Notes under the pieces: generated by a model
What the model was told of the DNA's origin: nothing
What the model saw: the letters and a program-made list of their open reading frames with translations, nothing else
Database searches by the model: none
IMG/VR virus record: IMGVR_UViG_3300002179_000020
Span: 1-24,553 of that record
Strand: one strand, 5' to 3'
DNA from: a virus
Lineage: Duplodnaviria > Caudoviricetes
Length of the DNA: 24,553 bases
In this document: in pieces, positions 24,553 through 24,553 of the stretch
How the letters are laid out: every line of letters starts with the position of its first letter
Numbering within the stretch: position 1 is the stretch's first letter
Position numbers and translations under genes: made by a program

Positions 24553-24553
24553 T

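Noticed and set aside
1-24553. Stop-codon reassignment, integrase or att site
   Set aside because: Genes tile cleanly in the standard code using all three stops, and no recombinase or att-like core was recognised.

Overview
This window is a segment of a tailed dsDNA phage or prophage, read in the standard genetic code. The tail is siphovirus-like, with no sheath or baseplate-wedge genes visible. The + strand (1-11248) is a late operon: head-tail adaptor, neck and tail-terminator genes, tail tube, a tail assembly chaperone with a -1 frameshift, an 843-aa tape measure protein, tail-tip genes, a modular fibre-like gene flanked by two paralogous small genes, a lysis cassette, and a stand-alone NrdD-type glycyl-radical domain. 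A rho-independent terminator near 11330-11360 separates this from a convergent, tightly packed - strand block. That block holds an AP2-domain protein, a 3D-domain protein, a Cas4/RecB-like nuclease, a VRR-NUC nuclease, a UvrD-like helicase, an HExxH protein and many small hypotheticals. The most striking element is at the right edge, where one open frame joins a fold-type-II PLP enzyme domain to the catalytic half of an amino-DNA methyltransferase, a candidate DNA hypermodification enzyme. All functional calls come from motif recognition by eye. No database searches were run.
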